Assembly (NCBI GenBank): GCA_963693365.1 | Contig: CAVNZM010000007.1 | Span: 124,001-188,000, forward strand | Length of the DNA: 64,000 nt | Direction: 5' to 3' | Origin: Amoebidium appalachense | Taxonomy: Eukaryota > Protista > Ichthyosporea | Part shown: positions 1-19,059 of the stretch, one piece after another | Layout of the letters: each line of letters starts with the position of its first letter | Position numbering within the stretch: the stretch's first letter is position 1 | Notes under the pieces: generated by a model | Told to the model about the DNA's origin: nothing | What the model saw: the letters and a program-made list of their open reading frames with translations, nothing else | The model's database searches: none | Made by a program: the position numbers and the translations under genes

Positions 1-160
1 CTTCTGAGACACCTTAGTGGGGCACATGTGTGGGTAGAAGGGGGGAGGGGAGGATATGTGTTCCAAGGAAGAATAGTAAAAAGTTGGCACTATATTGCTG
101 GGCATGTGCCTGGTTCAGCATGCTACTATCATAACACTGATTGTATATGGGCCCCTGCAG

Positions 161-6125
<5,965 letters not shown>

Positions 6126-6435
6126 TTCTACATTCCAGAGACACTGTGTGCATTGGTGTGTATATCCTTTAATGAGTGCATACGGTACGAATAGTTAGGC
6201 AATCTAATATGTAGCACTGTGCTGCAAAAACCTTGTAGATAATCTTAAAGGTGCAGCATGTATCAACTGGATAAGTATGGATCGTGATACGCGTGAAAAA
6301 GGAGAGCGGAATGAGGAGAGCTATAGTTGCCTCTTGCGTGACCTCTGATCTCATTTGGGGTTTCTCTTTTTGAGAACAATTATTGTTTTTCGTTTCTAGC
6401 TGAGAGGCTATCATACGATGATGTTTGATACATAC

Positions 6436-7300
6436 CTCCTTCTAATTCGGCCTAAGGAGGGTTTACCACCTTTTCAATATTTAGAGTGAATGAATTCTTA
6501 TCTAAGGAGGGTTTTGTTTTTTTCCCTTCTAATACTTATGGTGAAAACATTACAATTTAGGGTCCCGGAGAGTTTATCTCCTGATACTTATATGAATAGA
6601 TAATAATGTAAGGAGGGTTTGTCTCCTTCTAATACGGAGAGTGAATCAATACTAAGGAGGGCTATCGATCTCCTTCTCATGCTTAGTGTATAAATAATGA
6701 TATTACAATGCTTTGCATTTCTCTTCTAATACTTCAGTGTATAAATAATTGTCTAATTATAATAATAAAAAGAATATATAATGATCTAAGGAGGGTTTAT
6801 CTCCTTATACTTATTCCCAGCCTCGGTCGGAGATGGAGGCTGGGTCTTAGGAGATAGAGGGGGTGTGGGGGGGGAAAGACTGAGCTGTTTTTGCGTAAAA
6901 AAAAGATTCACTATCCAATCAGTGTTTTTGGCGGCAGATTTCAAATTTTCTAACAGACACTTTGTGACGCCAGTAGTCCCAGTACACGAGATTGCGATAT
7001 AAGGGGCCGCTCGAAGATACCAGATGGCTCTGGCTTGCGCGGAGACGCATGAGCTCATGACGTCAGCACGCGAGCCCCGCCAGGCGAGCGCCAGGGCGAG
7101 CGATAGCGAGCCCTGGCAGCGAGTCTAGCCGACCGAGGCTGGGCGATAGCGATATGGCGTAGCCATTGAGCTCATTTATAGTGAATAGATAAAGATGTAC
7201 GGAGGTTTCAACTAAGTTATCTCCTTTCTAATTGTGTACTAAATAATTATAAGGGTTCGTATCTCCTCCTGAAATGTAAAAGTGAATAAATAATATCTGA
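6436..7300. repeat. Diverged AT-rich minisatellite, ~45-55 bp unit with an AAGGAG/CTCCTT hairpin (about 9 copies)
   Basis: Consensus approximately taaggagggtttatctccttctaatacttatagtgaatagataataatg. Copies start near 6452, 6502, 6567, 6609, 6652, 6720 (partial), 6786, 7198 and 7249. The array is interrupted by the insertion at 6813-7177. Confidence 0.85.
6813..7177 (+). mobile_element. Non-autonomous Helentron/DINE-1-like (HINE) element
   Basis: 15-bp subterminal inverted repeats cccagcctcggtcgg (6816-6830) and ccgaccgaggctggg (7129-7143). An extra partial IR gaggctggg lies at 6836-6844 and a 3' stem-loop atggc-gta-gccat at ~7152-7164. The 3' end is TTT and there is no clear TSD. Removing it restores the flanking minisatellite unit (tatactt|atagtgaatag). 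Confidence 0.7.
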
Positions 7301-7654
7301 ATCGACTGATTCATGGAGAAGGACCGGAAAAAACACTATGAAGTTTGTTATATATAAATTGCCACCAATACTATGGTGTATGTGCGCAAACAAAGAAATG
7401 CAGTTGTCCACCTTCTTGAAACTTGCAATTAGGTGTGCACCCTGATACCCTGCAGGCATATTAGCTCGTACAGCTAAATGTAGACCAAACGCAACTTGCG
7501 GCCACTTGACTTGCACGAAGAGAGAGAGGGGGCCGGCAGCGTGGTGGTGGTAGTGGGTGGGTGGGTGGGGGGGGGGGAGTGTATGTGGGCACACGTGTGT
7601 GTGTGTACGCATGCCACCCGCACTCACATGTAGGGTGGTTTTGTGTGTGTGTGT

Positions 7655-7687
<33 letters not shown>

Positions 7688-8917
7688 GGGGGGGGAGGGG
7701 GTGAGGGGGGAGGGGGGATGCACCTACAATATGCGGTAAGAGACCTTCAGAATAGCAGCCAATAAAATGCAAGCCTGGCGTTCCATATATGGATAAGGAA
7801 TGTAATAAGTGTGCATAAGGTGTCCTGTTGACACTTCCCGTACATGTACATGTACATTAATCTGCGCCGTGTGTTGTACATGTACATGTGCTGTGCGCAG
7901 AGTTCTAGAAGGTGCAGAGAGCCGACATGAAACGAGTACGAGTGGGGAAGCGCGTGAATTCCTGCATTGTAACCCCACCGTTTGGGCTGATTGAAGTTGG
8001 GGCTGTCACTTTCAATCAAGCTTGCATGCACACATGATGTTTGATAGTGTATAATTATAACCCTGCCTAGCTTACACCTTTCCATTATTACCGACATGCA
8101 TGTGAGGCTCATACGAATACATAGCTCAAGCCTTCATTGCCGGTATACATGCCATGACAATTGCAACTGTTGCAATTGTCATGGCCGATCCAGCTAATAA
8201 AACCGATGAGTGTTCGATTCAACTTTAACCCCCCCCCCCCCCCCCCCCCCCTGACCTGAAAGACAAGACGCAGGGCACCATGAAAGAAAATGCAGCATGC
8301 GCAGCCTGGATCATGGTCGTAGACAGCGCTAGCATGACTTGCATGTGGTGTGATGGGCAACATGGGAAAAACAAAGTGCAACGTGGTAATGTTTGTGTGT
8401 TGTGTGCATGTTGCATGTGTGTGATATTGACTACATGAGTCACCTCGGTGTCAGTGGAGGTGTGGGGGGAGAATGGTTTGGGGGGAGTAGTGTTGAGGGG
8501 GGGTGGGTGGGTGGGAGGGGGGGGGGGGGGGGGGGGGGGAGGGGGGAGGTCGATTGTTTGATAATGCTTGTCAGAGCACAGCACCAGGGACAAGATCACA
8601 GTACACCACACATGGAACGTACAAAACAAGATGTGTCACAAAAGCAGCGCCCATGCTCAGGGCGGTCCAAACCATCCACAATACCCCCGCCAAGCTCATA
8701 CATCTGTAAACTCGTATACAAAACGAAGTCACGGTGCATATATCCAGTATAACAAACACAAAGATATCCCAGAGCCCGATTGCGTGTGTTAGGGAGGGAG
8801 GGGGGGGGGGGGGGTTGTCCCAAAGGAGCCGACTTAAAGGAATATCCTTTCAAAAGGTACCGCTACTTTATTCATTTCATATACACACCCGCCCACCCCA
8901 CCATATATTGCCTCTCC

Positions 8918-9299
8918 TCACACATAGAGCGAGATGTAGCTGTTATACTTTGCCACATTGCGGCGTAGAATGTCCGCACACGAGCCCAGCACTCGCTCGA
9001 AGCGTTCTCTGTCCAGTTTGACACACTTGAGGGCGCCGTTGGCTGTGATCGTGGCGGCACGTGGCCGGCCACTGAGCAGTGCAAGCTCGCCTGTGTGTGT
9101 GTGTGTGTGTGTGTGTTAGTGAGTTGAGTGAGGTAGCGCGAGAGGTTGCGTGTGTGCGTGTGTGTGTGTGTGCACGCGCGCGCATGTGTGCATGTGAGTG
9201 CGAGAGTGCGAGAGCGTAAGTCAATGAGTGAGTGAGTTAGAAAGTGAGTGTGAACACATGTGCCATTATGTACGCGCCAGTATGTGTGCGCGGGTGCGT

Positions 9300-9362
<63 letters not shown>

Positions 9363-12300
9363 TGTGCAGGCGCACACGCGCACTCGTCCGATGGGGGTAC
9401 TGGGAACGCGAGGCATGTGTGTATGGTAGTGGGGGCGCCGGCTATGCATGTGTGATCTTAGATAGGGGTACGGGGTATGTGTGTGATGGCAATGTGCATG
9501 GGGGGCAATGTGTATTCATGCACGAGCAACGCAAAGTGCTATGTTGTCCGTGTGTACGTGTTCTGCAGCAAGGTACAGGGCACACATCCAAACCAGAACA
9601 TGGTGCAGGGCCAAAATGACCACAGGGAAGCCCCCCACCCCCTCCCTTCTTTGGAACCCAGCTACTAGAACACCACCTCTCCTGACACCCCTCGGCCGAA
9701 CATAGCATTACATTCCTTGCCTCCCCCCCCCCCCCCCCCCCCCCCCCCCTCCCCTTACGATGCTGCCGCCGCCGCCCACCACCATCCCTGCCAGGCCAAA
9801 TCTTCCATGCCAGGTTGTGGTGTGTAGCAACTAGAGCACCCCATCTTGCATACAAGCCCATACATGTGTGTGTGTGGTTTAACGTGTGACGTGCGTGTGT
9901 ACAGGCATGCATGCATGTGTGTGTGTGTTCATGTGCATGCGTGTGTGTATCGGCAGACAACATCTGGCCACGTGTGCGCTGTGCCCTGCCCCACACGCTG
10001 CACGTACCGAAGTAGTCTGAGGAGTGCAGCCGGCCCACCTCGATGGGCTCGTCTCCGGGGCTCTTCTGCTGCGTCACAATCGCCTCCCCCTGCAAGTCCC
10101 GTTGTCAGCATGTGCCCTGCACCCCCCTCCGAGTGCTTGTGCAGCCCCATGCAATATACTTCTTCCACTCCCCCCCCCCTTCCCTTCCCTTCCCCCTTGG
10201 TACCCACCCCATCCCCGGCCCAGACCCCTACTCCCTTACCTCGACAATGATGTAGAAGGTGTCGCCCGGGTCACCCTGCTTGATGACCACGGTGCCATTT
10301 TCGAACGTCTGTGGCTCCAGCGCATCGGCAACAGTCAGCCGCTCCCAGTGGTCAAGGGGCTCTGTGGAGAGTGTTAGTACTTGCATGCACCAAATATGGT
10401 GCCTAGCTTGGCACCTGCATGCACCATAACCAGACATCAAACCAGGTGCCACGTGCATGCACCAACTCAACCCCCTGCATACATGTGTTTGTGCCTATTA
10501 AGTGTCGAGTGCATGCACCCACTCCCCCCCCCCCCCCCCCCCCATTTAGCACGTGGGCACGTACCGAGGATAGGGACCTTCTCGAGGAAGCTGTCGTACA
10601 TCTTGCGCTTGCGGATAGTGTTGCCCATGACAATGTGCCGGTACGTGTCCCGGTCCAGCGCCCACAGCTTGCACGCCGTCCGGGCCTGTGCCCACGGTCA
10701 GCACGGCCAGAGACAGGCATGCACGTTGACGTGTAGCCACGCACACAGGGGGGCACGTGCAGGCCCAGGCACACACAGAGGGGGGGGGGGGGGGGAGGGG
10801 GGGGGCATGTGCAGGCCCAGGCACACACACAAGGGCACGTGCACCCGGCAGACACACAGACATGACAATGACATGCATCGCATAGCACAATGACCACTCG
10901 AGGAAGGGGTTGCAAGCACAGACACATGCAGCACCCCCCAAAGCACCCACACAGAGACACGACAACCCCTTGCACCCCCACACCACATCCACAAGCACGT
11001 GAGCTGTGGGTGCGGGTGTGCCACACGTGCATGTGGTGTGCATGCATGCACACACATGCACGTGCATGCATGTGCATGTGGTGTGCATGCATGCACGTGC
11101 ATGTGGTGTGCATGCATGCACGTGCATGTGGTGTGCATGCATGCACGTGCATGTGGTGTGCATGCACGTGCATGTGGTGTGCATGCATGCACGTGCATGT
11201 GGTGTGCATGCACGTGCATGTGGTGTGCATGCATGCACGTGCATGTGGTGTGCATGCACGTGCATGTGGTGTGCATGCATGCACGTGCATGTGGTGTGCA
11301 TGCACGTGCATGTGGTGTGCATGCACGTGCATGTGGTGTGCATGCATGCACGTGCATGTGGTGTGCATGCACGTGCATGTGGTGTGCATGCATGCATGTG
11401 CATGTGGTGTGCATGCACGTGCATGTGGTGTGCATGTCGTGTGCATGCATGCACGTGCATGTGGTGTGCATGCATGCATGTGTGTGCATGCATGCACGTG
11501 CACACCTTGATGGTGGCAGCACGTGGTGTGCCGTAGATGAGGGCCAGCTCGCCAAAGCCGCCGTTCTCCCCGATGGTGCTGACCATCTTGTCGTTGACCC
11601 ACACCTCCACCGTGCCGCTGTCGATCACGTAGAAGTAGTCTCCGTCGTCCCCTGCAAACCACCCTCAACTAAGAAACATATATGACCTACACATACCTGG
11701 CTGCTTCCTCCCCAACCCTGCAAACCGACACACGGCACCATGCACACACTGCAGGCCGGCATGTGCCATCAGCAAGTGTTGCAGCCAGTCACGTCCACGG
11801 CCACATCAAAAGCCCACATCCATATGCATGTGTGAACACAGAACACAGCCATTCTATGCTATGCACACCCACAATCCTCACACCCGTGCACTACACCACA
11901 TCGTCACCGTAACATACAGACATAGTGAGGCACAACAGTGTCATCCCCACCCAAAAAAAAGTCAAGAAAAGCATGGAGTCATAACTTGGCAAACACCTAC
12001 ACACACAAGGCAACAACCACCCACCCCCATGCATGCACGTGCACACCATGCCCCCCCCCCCCAAAAAAGAAAAACACAAACAAGCACATGCACGCGCGCG
12101 CGTGCACACACACACACACCAATCTACCCCCCCCCCCCCCCCCCGGGGCCCCCCACCACTCACACACAGTCACGAAGCCACGCATCCATGCACCCACCAC
12201 CCAACCCTATACACCTGGCCACACCCCCACCCACGCACCCGCCCTCCCCCCTCCCCTCCCCCCTTCCTACCCTGCTTGATGATGATGTCTCCCTCTGCGT

Positions 12301-13570
12301 GGTCCATGCCCTCCATGGCATCGAAGATCTCGCTGCGCTCCTCCTCGTCAAGATGCTGCAGACACAAACCAAGTTCGAGTGCTTAAACACAAACACATGC
12401 ATGCCGCCCCCCCCTTCCCCCCCCCCCCCCCCCCACCCACACACACACTTCTTCCTCTCCCCCTCCCCTTCCTCCCCCACCACCCACACGAAAGTGCTTG
12501 TCCCCTAAAGTCTTCCCATCCCCACACCAACGGAAGCACCCCCCTCCACCCAATGTCACCCTACACACTTACATGCAAACACTTCCTGCTCTAATCCAAC
12601 ACACATCTCCTCCTTCCCCCCCCCAAACACACATTCAAGCCCCCCCCCCCCCCCCCCCCCCCTCCCCCCACTCCCACACACAATAACACGACAGGACACT
12701 GGCATCCTCATCCCCCCCCCTCCCCCCCCTTCCCCCCCCACCGGGGTAGGGGTGTGGTGCACCGATGTTTCCCAGCATGGATGGTGTGGGGTGTAGACCT
12801 TGAACAGAAGGTTTTTCTGGATGGAGCGCTGCAGTGCGGCCATAGTTTTGAAGTCCTTGGGGATGATCTTGCGCTTGTAGTTGGCCGTCTGTTTGCCCCC
12901 CATAAGCAACCACCCAGTATCATATCCCTCCAAAAACAAAGCCTCGTATGCACTCATCCACCACACTTTCTTCTGCCTCCCCCCCCCCTCCCCCCCCCCC
13001 CCCCCCCCCCCCACCTCTTCCTCTTCCCCATAGCAACAAAAACCGTTTACACCCACACCTTGGCCAAAGCCCTACGACGACTCCCACCTGCTGCCTGCCC
13101 TGCCTCAACACAAGTTCAACCCGCCAAAGTCTACAGGCCAGCCCACCGACCCACCCACCCCCACCCACCCGCACGCGCACGTACACACACACACACACCC
13201 ACCCAGCCACACCCACCCACACACATCCGCCCCTACCCCCACCCACCCATCCAACCCCCCCCCTCCCCCCCCCCGCAAACACACACACACGTACATCCTC
13301 CTCTGTCATGACTGCGGCACTGACTGCGCCTCTCCGTATGCGGCTGGGTGCCTCTGCAACTGGCGGCAAATCCTCCTGCCTAGTGGGTGCAGGCGACCCG
13401 GGGGCAGCGGCAGCGGGATGCTTTGACTCGTTTGCGGCCTGTGCATGGCCGGCAATGAACTCGAGGGGGTTGTCTGGGCGCTCGTTTATCAGCGCCACAA
13501 GCAGGTCCTTGAGGTACGCACGCACCCCATGCGCCTCCAAGTAGGCCTCGGCCTCCTGTGTGCTCGCCAT
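8918..13570 (-). CDS. PRKAR1: cAMP-dependent protein kinase regulatory subunit, type I
   Basis: 8 exons with consistent phases: 13570-13295, 12888-12799, 12355-12271, 11651-11506, 10685-10565, 10361-10240, 10089-10008, 9090-8918. It has an N-terminal dimerisation/docking domain ([30 protein letters not shown]), pseudosubstrate RRGAVS (Ala at the P-site, hence type I) and two cNMP cassettes ([15 protein letters not shown]; [15 protein letters not shown]). Confidence 0.97.
11020..11505. repeat. Intronic minisatellite built on the palindromic core tgcatgcacgtgcatg (21/25-nt units)
   Basis: About 20 units of (tgca)tgcacgtgcatgtggtg directly at the donor end of PKA-R intron 4. Confidence 0.9.
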
Positions 13571-13579
13571 GCTGCAAGG

Positions 13580-13613
<34 letters not shown>

Positions 13614-14515
13614 AAGCGAGGTGTAAGGCACAGATGGGGGCGGGGCGTGTAAAGAGGCAGGCAGAAAGGAAGAGCACACAGAGCTTGCATACAGTGCCAG
13701 AGAACGTGACATTGGGTCAGAGGATGCCCCCCGGAAGGGGGGGGGGGGGGGGGAGGGGGGGGGGGGGGGGGGGGGGGGAGAAGGGAGGATGGGAGGGGAG
13801 GGGTAGGGAGAAATGGGTGGCAAGGGGGGTGGAAAGAGTGAGACAGCTGTCACACCATGAAAAATACGGCAAGCTGTTACTTGTGCACACAATCAACAAC
13901 GCCTAAACACATACGAGGAAGGAGAAGTAGGGCCTACTCTCCCGGAAAGGGATGGATGGTGGGTGTCTGCATGCGCCTGCATGTGCTTGTATGCGTCTGT
14001 GGGGTGGGGTGGGGGGGGGGGGGGGGGGGGGGGGCACACGAGGGGTAGGAGGGGGGGGTTGAAGGGGGGGCGGGGTAACATAGGGGTATACCGAAGAACA
14101 TGCACACGCCCGGGACAGGAGCGGACAAAAACGGAAGTGGGACAAGCAAAGGAGCTGTGCACAATATGACGGGTGTTGTGTCTGCTAGTGCCGATGTCTG
14201 TGTGCAAACGTAGAGTCATATGTGCGAGTGAATGTGTGCGGATTTGTGGGTGCGTGCATGTGCATGCATACTTCGTAGCGCTGTCCATGCACTCATTGAC
14301 ACGAGAAAGGTTGGTGGGGGAATGAGTAGGGTAGGGCCAAAGTGCAACCACATTGCCAATGACCTTGTTGTGCTTAAGCAGCATATTTGTGTGAGCAGGT
14401 AAAGAACAGGCCACGGCAGCTAATGCAAATAAGCTAGTAGGTGGACGAAACAAGGCATGGGAACACAGGAAGGAAGACCAAGCAGATTTACAGGTGCTTC
14501 AGGTGAGCATGTGAG

Positions 14516-14601
<86 letters not shown>

Positions 14602-14892
14602 GTGTGTCCCACCAGGTATAGGGATTTTTTAACCAAGCTAGTTAGTGCTACACAGGTACAGGTGAGAGAGGTGTGAGAAGGTGTATGCAGAAGACCATAC
14701 GCGAACAGATATAAGGCCCAGCAAGAAGGGGGCAAGCAACTGTGCTATGGCATGTACACGCATGCAGCGCACGCCTGAGTGTGTGCACAAATGTGCTATT
14801 GTGTGTGTCTCATAACTACTGAATCTGCAAGCTCGTACTCTGTTCTAAACCATATTTACAGCGAGTGCACGTATATTGTGAGTATTTTGTCA

Positions 14893-15419
14893 TCTATACA
14901 CAGTCTCCCCTTTGCTCCATATAGGTAAACTCCCACCACCCCACGGTCGGAAAGAAGTCCCTTCCGCAACATGTGAGAGCCTAGATGTGGCAACCCTGCC
15001 CAAAAGGAAAACCACCCAACCGTAAGCTACACCTACAGAAATAAGCGCCAAAAGGAAACCCATCTCACCTGCTAGTGCGCTAGTAATATGCGTCTCTCTC
15101 CCTCTCTCACTACAATCGCCTATTTCCACCCACACCTTAAAACCCTTATAACTTTTTTTCTCCTCAGCTGGCGCACAACTGAAAGGGTGTCCGTCTCATC
15201 GGCTCAAATTACTCTCCTCCGAAGACCCGTTTTGATTGGTTCGTACGGGACCAGTGCGCGTAATTGTCACCAGGAATTTTATGCACCATATATGGCTATT
15301 TGTTTTGTAATGCGGTTGGAAGAAATGGACGATCTGACATTCCTTGATAACCGTGTAAAAAGTGTGTAACCCCACTTTCTGAATGTGTCCCGGGCCCCCG
15401 AAGGGCCCGAACAACCTAA
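14893..15419 (+). mobile_element. Putative non-autonomous Helitron
   Basis: The 5' end is A|TCTATAC. A 3' GC hairpin cgggccc-ccgaa-gggcccg (15391-15409) is followed 6 nt later by CTAA (CTRR). The next base is C rather than the expected T (a poly-C tract abuts). Confidence 0.5.
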
Positions 15420-15422
15420 CCC

Positions 15423-15457
<35 letters not shown>

Positions 15458-16504
15458 TTCCCCTCCGTGGGCTGCCCGCCCCCACCCTTCCCACCCTCCA
15501 CACACACACAAACACACACACACACACACACACACAGTATGTACACACGTGCACCGGCACACACACAACCACAACAAACCAAAAAAAACAGCCACTGTTG
15601 ATTCGTGCACGTGGCCGCCATCCCGGTGCACCACCACCACACACGTGTGCATGAGAATGGGCTTCTGTGGTAGTCTAAGAGTGCGGGGGGAGGGGAGGAG
15701 GGGAGGGGGGGAGCTGGTTTGTCCGTATAGTATTTTACCCTTCACCTTTTCAAAGACAGGGCAGCGTGCACAACACCTGAACGACATTCAAATTGGCTTT
15801 TCACATTTCTTTATTTATATTATTCAACACAAAAAAGGGGGAAGCTTTAGACCCCTTTACATAACATTTATCTTTTTTTCCTTCCCTATCCCTATGACAC
15901 GGTAACTAAAACTAAAGAGCCTGTTTGTGGCTGTGTATAGCCAGTTTTCTTTCTTGTTACGACATGATCAGTGACTTTTTATAATATCTACTGCGTGCAT
16001 GCATGTGTGTTGAAAACAATACATCCCTTGGTGTGCTGGAGTGGCAACACAAAAAAAATACCTTTTATATATTGCTATTGTTAGGAGTCCCCTTACAGAT
16101 TTTTTCTTTTTCTAGTTTTTTTTTTTTTTTTTCCATTCTTTTTTTCATTCCTTTTTCTTCTTGGCAATAAAATTTTCTTTTGTTTTGTTTTTCAAGTTAT
16201 TTTCACCGTGCATGTAATCTCTTTCTCTTGCTGCATAATACTTGTGGGCAGCCGTTTCGGTGTGTATGTGTGTTGTGACGTTCCATCGTGCATTTTCATT
16301 CCATATATGTAACAAAAGGTCAGTCAAACGTCTACATACAACACACTCAACAAAGAAGGCTAATAACTTTCTGTACATACAACACACTCACAAAACAACA
16401 CAACACTGTCAGCCAACAGATTCAAGAAACAATTTCCCCTCCCTTTTTGTTCCCAGAATCTCCCCCCTCCGCCCACATCAGTACCCGCACTCCTCCTCTT
16501 GCCA

Positions 16505-16805
16505 CTATGCCGTCTTTTCCTCCGGCTTCTTCTTACCCTCAGCAGCCACTGGGGCCTGTTTCTTGGCCGGCTGTACTGGCTTTTGCTGGCGCTTTCTGTA
16601 GTGGTTGGGGGACAGACTGCGGCTGCGTGACGTGGCAGGGTCACGTGCATTGCGGCCACGGGCCTGTTGGGGGGGCACGGTGGGCACGGTGGGCACGGTT
16701 GCGTCGGGGTCCAGGAACAGGGGCTTCGCCCCCAGGGGGATGGGCTGCCCGGGCAGCACGGACACCTGCATCCAAGCACAATTCAGGGACGGTCCGCTGG
16801 TGCTT

Positions 16806-16837
<32 letters not shown>

Positions 16838-16875
16838 AAAAAAAAAAAAAGCACCCCTTATGTTGCTTTGGTCTC

Positions 16876-16924
<49 letters not shown>

Positions 16925-17566
16925 ATTCCGTCTGGCAGAACCACTCCTCTATGCCACAGGTGCCTTGTGGTCAGCCCTGTTACAGCTAAGGCCCATTCAA
17001 CGCTGAATAAAACAGCCCCCTCCTTCTCACACACATACCACCTAACCTACGCCATCGCATACAGCGAGATCACAGGCACACAGACACTCACCACGGGCAC
17101 GGGGTGGGGGTGCCTGGAGTGGTCCTTGGTGGTGCGCTTCTTGATGGGGCACTGGGGCTTCATGATCCACTCCTTGATGACGTCATAGCACAGCCCTCGT
17201 GCAGCCCCAGCAGGGGTCTCCCCGTCGTCGTTGAGTGCGGCCCAGTCGGCGCCGTGCTGCAGCAGCATGAGGGTGATGCCTGGGTGCTGGTGCCATGCTG
17301 CATAGTGCAGCGCCGTGAAGTGGCCAAGGCCCCCGGCCACGTTGACCTACCAACCAGGCCACAGTGTGAACACGTGCACAGCAGAAGTGTGTTGCCATCT
17401 CCTCACATTGTATGCTATTCCTTACTCTACATGGCCTACAATATCCACTCCCCTACCCAAAAGAAAAACATTCCCACCCCATTCAACGGCAAATCTCTCT
17501 CTCTCTCTCCCCCCCCCCCCCCCCCCCGCCAAACACACGCACACACACACACACACGCTTTCTTCC

Positions 17567-17599
<33 letters not shown>

Positions 17600-18479
17600 A
17601 CACACACACACACCACCACCACCCTCGTCATGCCTACACTTCCATTGAGCTGTTCAAAGACTGCATTCGTATGGCTAAAATCTCACCATCCTACTCCTAC
17701 CCCCCCCCCCCCCCCCCCCACCTGTACAAAATTCGTATGGCTAAAATCTTGCCATCCTACTCCTACCCAAATCTCGCCATCCTACTCCTACCCCCCCTCC
17801 CCCACCCCCGCCAACCCTTACCCCCCCCCCCCACCACCACCCGTACATACCATATTTCTTACCTCCTTCCATCTCCTCCCATCCCCCCCCCCCCTCCCCC
17901 CCCCCCCACACACACACCCCGGGGCCCCCAAGATACATGGCATGTCAAACATGGGCACTTACATCGGCGCCAAAGTCCTCCAGCAGCATCTTTGCCGTGT
18001 CATGGCGGCCATACTTGCAGGCCACCATGAGCAGGGTCTGCCCGTCACTGCTGGCATTGTGCAGGAACCCCAGCTCGTTGACGTCAGGTATGGCCCTATG
18101 AAGCTTGCATCAGCAACGGAACACTCACCTCCCTCCCCCCCTCACAAGCAATTGCCCCGGTTTGACCATCCTGCCCACTCCCCAAGTACCACTCTTACCA
18201 ACCCCATCACTTCATTCGATGGTCCCAATGCTGCATGCACTCCAACCGACTCATACAACATGCATTAGTGTACAAGCACCATCGCCAGAGTCCATGTTGC
18301 TAACTAGCCAGGCCGGGAGTACGAATGCAGGTGGTTGTGTTATATGCTTCGACGCATGTGTGTGTGTGTGTGTTCTCTCTCCGTCTCTCTCTCTTTCTCT
18401 CTCTCCCTGTATGTTTGTTTTGTGTGTGTAAGACCTCCCCTTACCATGCCAACAGTAAGAATGCTTGTGGTTGTGTCAA

Positions 18480-18513
<34 letters not shown>

Positions 18514-19059
18514 TCCCTCCCCCCCCCCCCCCCTTCCCCCGTATGTGTTGCTATCCAGGGGGCCATACTTTGATGTCAGGACCTCTCTTATGGTCTCCAC
18601 TGCATCCTCCTCACTCAGGGCCTTACGGCACTTAGCAAACGCCTTCTCCAGGCTCGTACGTGCAGGATGTGCCGGGCTACTGGAGCGGCCCCTCCTGATC
18701 TGGCTGCCGTCATCCTTGGACATGGACTTGTACCTGCGCCTCTGCCTGCCCCTCTTGTGCTCGTCCCCCTCGCTGCCCCCAGACCCCACACTGGCCCGGG
18801 GGCTGCCCCCCTTCTCCTTGGCCTCCTCCTTGTCTCCCTCCTTGGGCCCCTTGTGCCCCTTGTGGTGCCCGTGGTGGTGGTTGTTGTGTTTGCCCTTGCC
18901 CTCACTCTGGGGCTTTGCTACCGGCACCTCCTGGGCAGGGGGCCGGGGCAGAGGGTTGGAGGGCACGAAGGCCTTGGCATTGGCGTTTAGGTGGTGGGTG
19001 GGGTGGCTGTCGGCTTGAGACGCCGCAGCAACAGTGGGCTCGGACATGGCTGCTGGCAT
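16505..19059 (-). CDS. Ankyrin-repeat protein with an N-terminal PAM2-like motif
   Basis: Exons 19059-18569, 18095-17963, 17346-17092, 16765-16505 are phase-consistent. Ankyrin repeats 'DGQTLLMVACKYGRHDTAKMLLEDFGAD|VN' and 'GHFTALHYAAWHQHPGITLMLLQHGADWAALNDDGETPA'. The N-terminal 'LNANAKAFVP' matches PAM2 (LNxxAxxFxP). Confidence 0.88.

Noticed and set aside
6436-7300. CRISPR-like array of palindromic repeats
   Set aside because: The linkers are homologous to each other rather than unique spacers, the repeats are degenerate, no cas genes are present and the context is eukaryotic.
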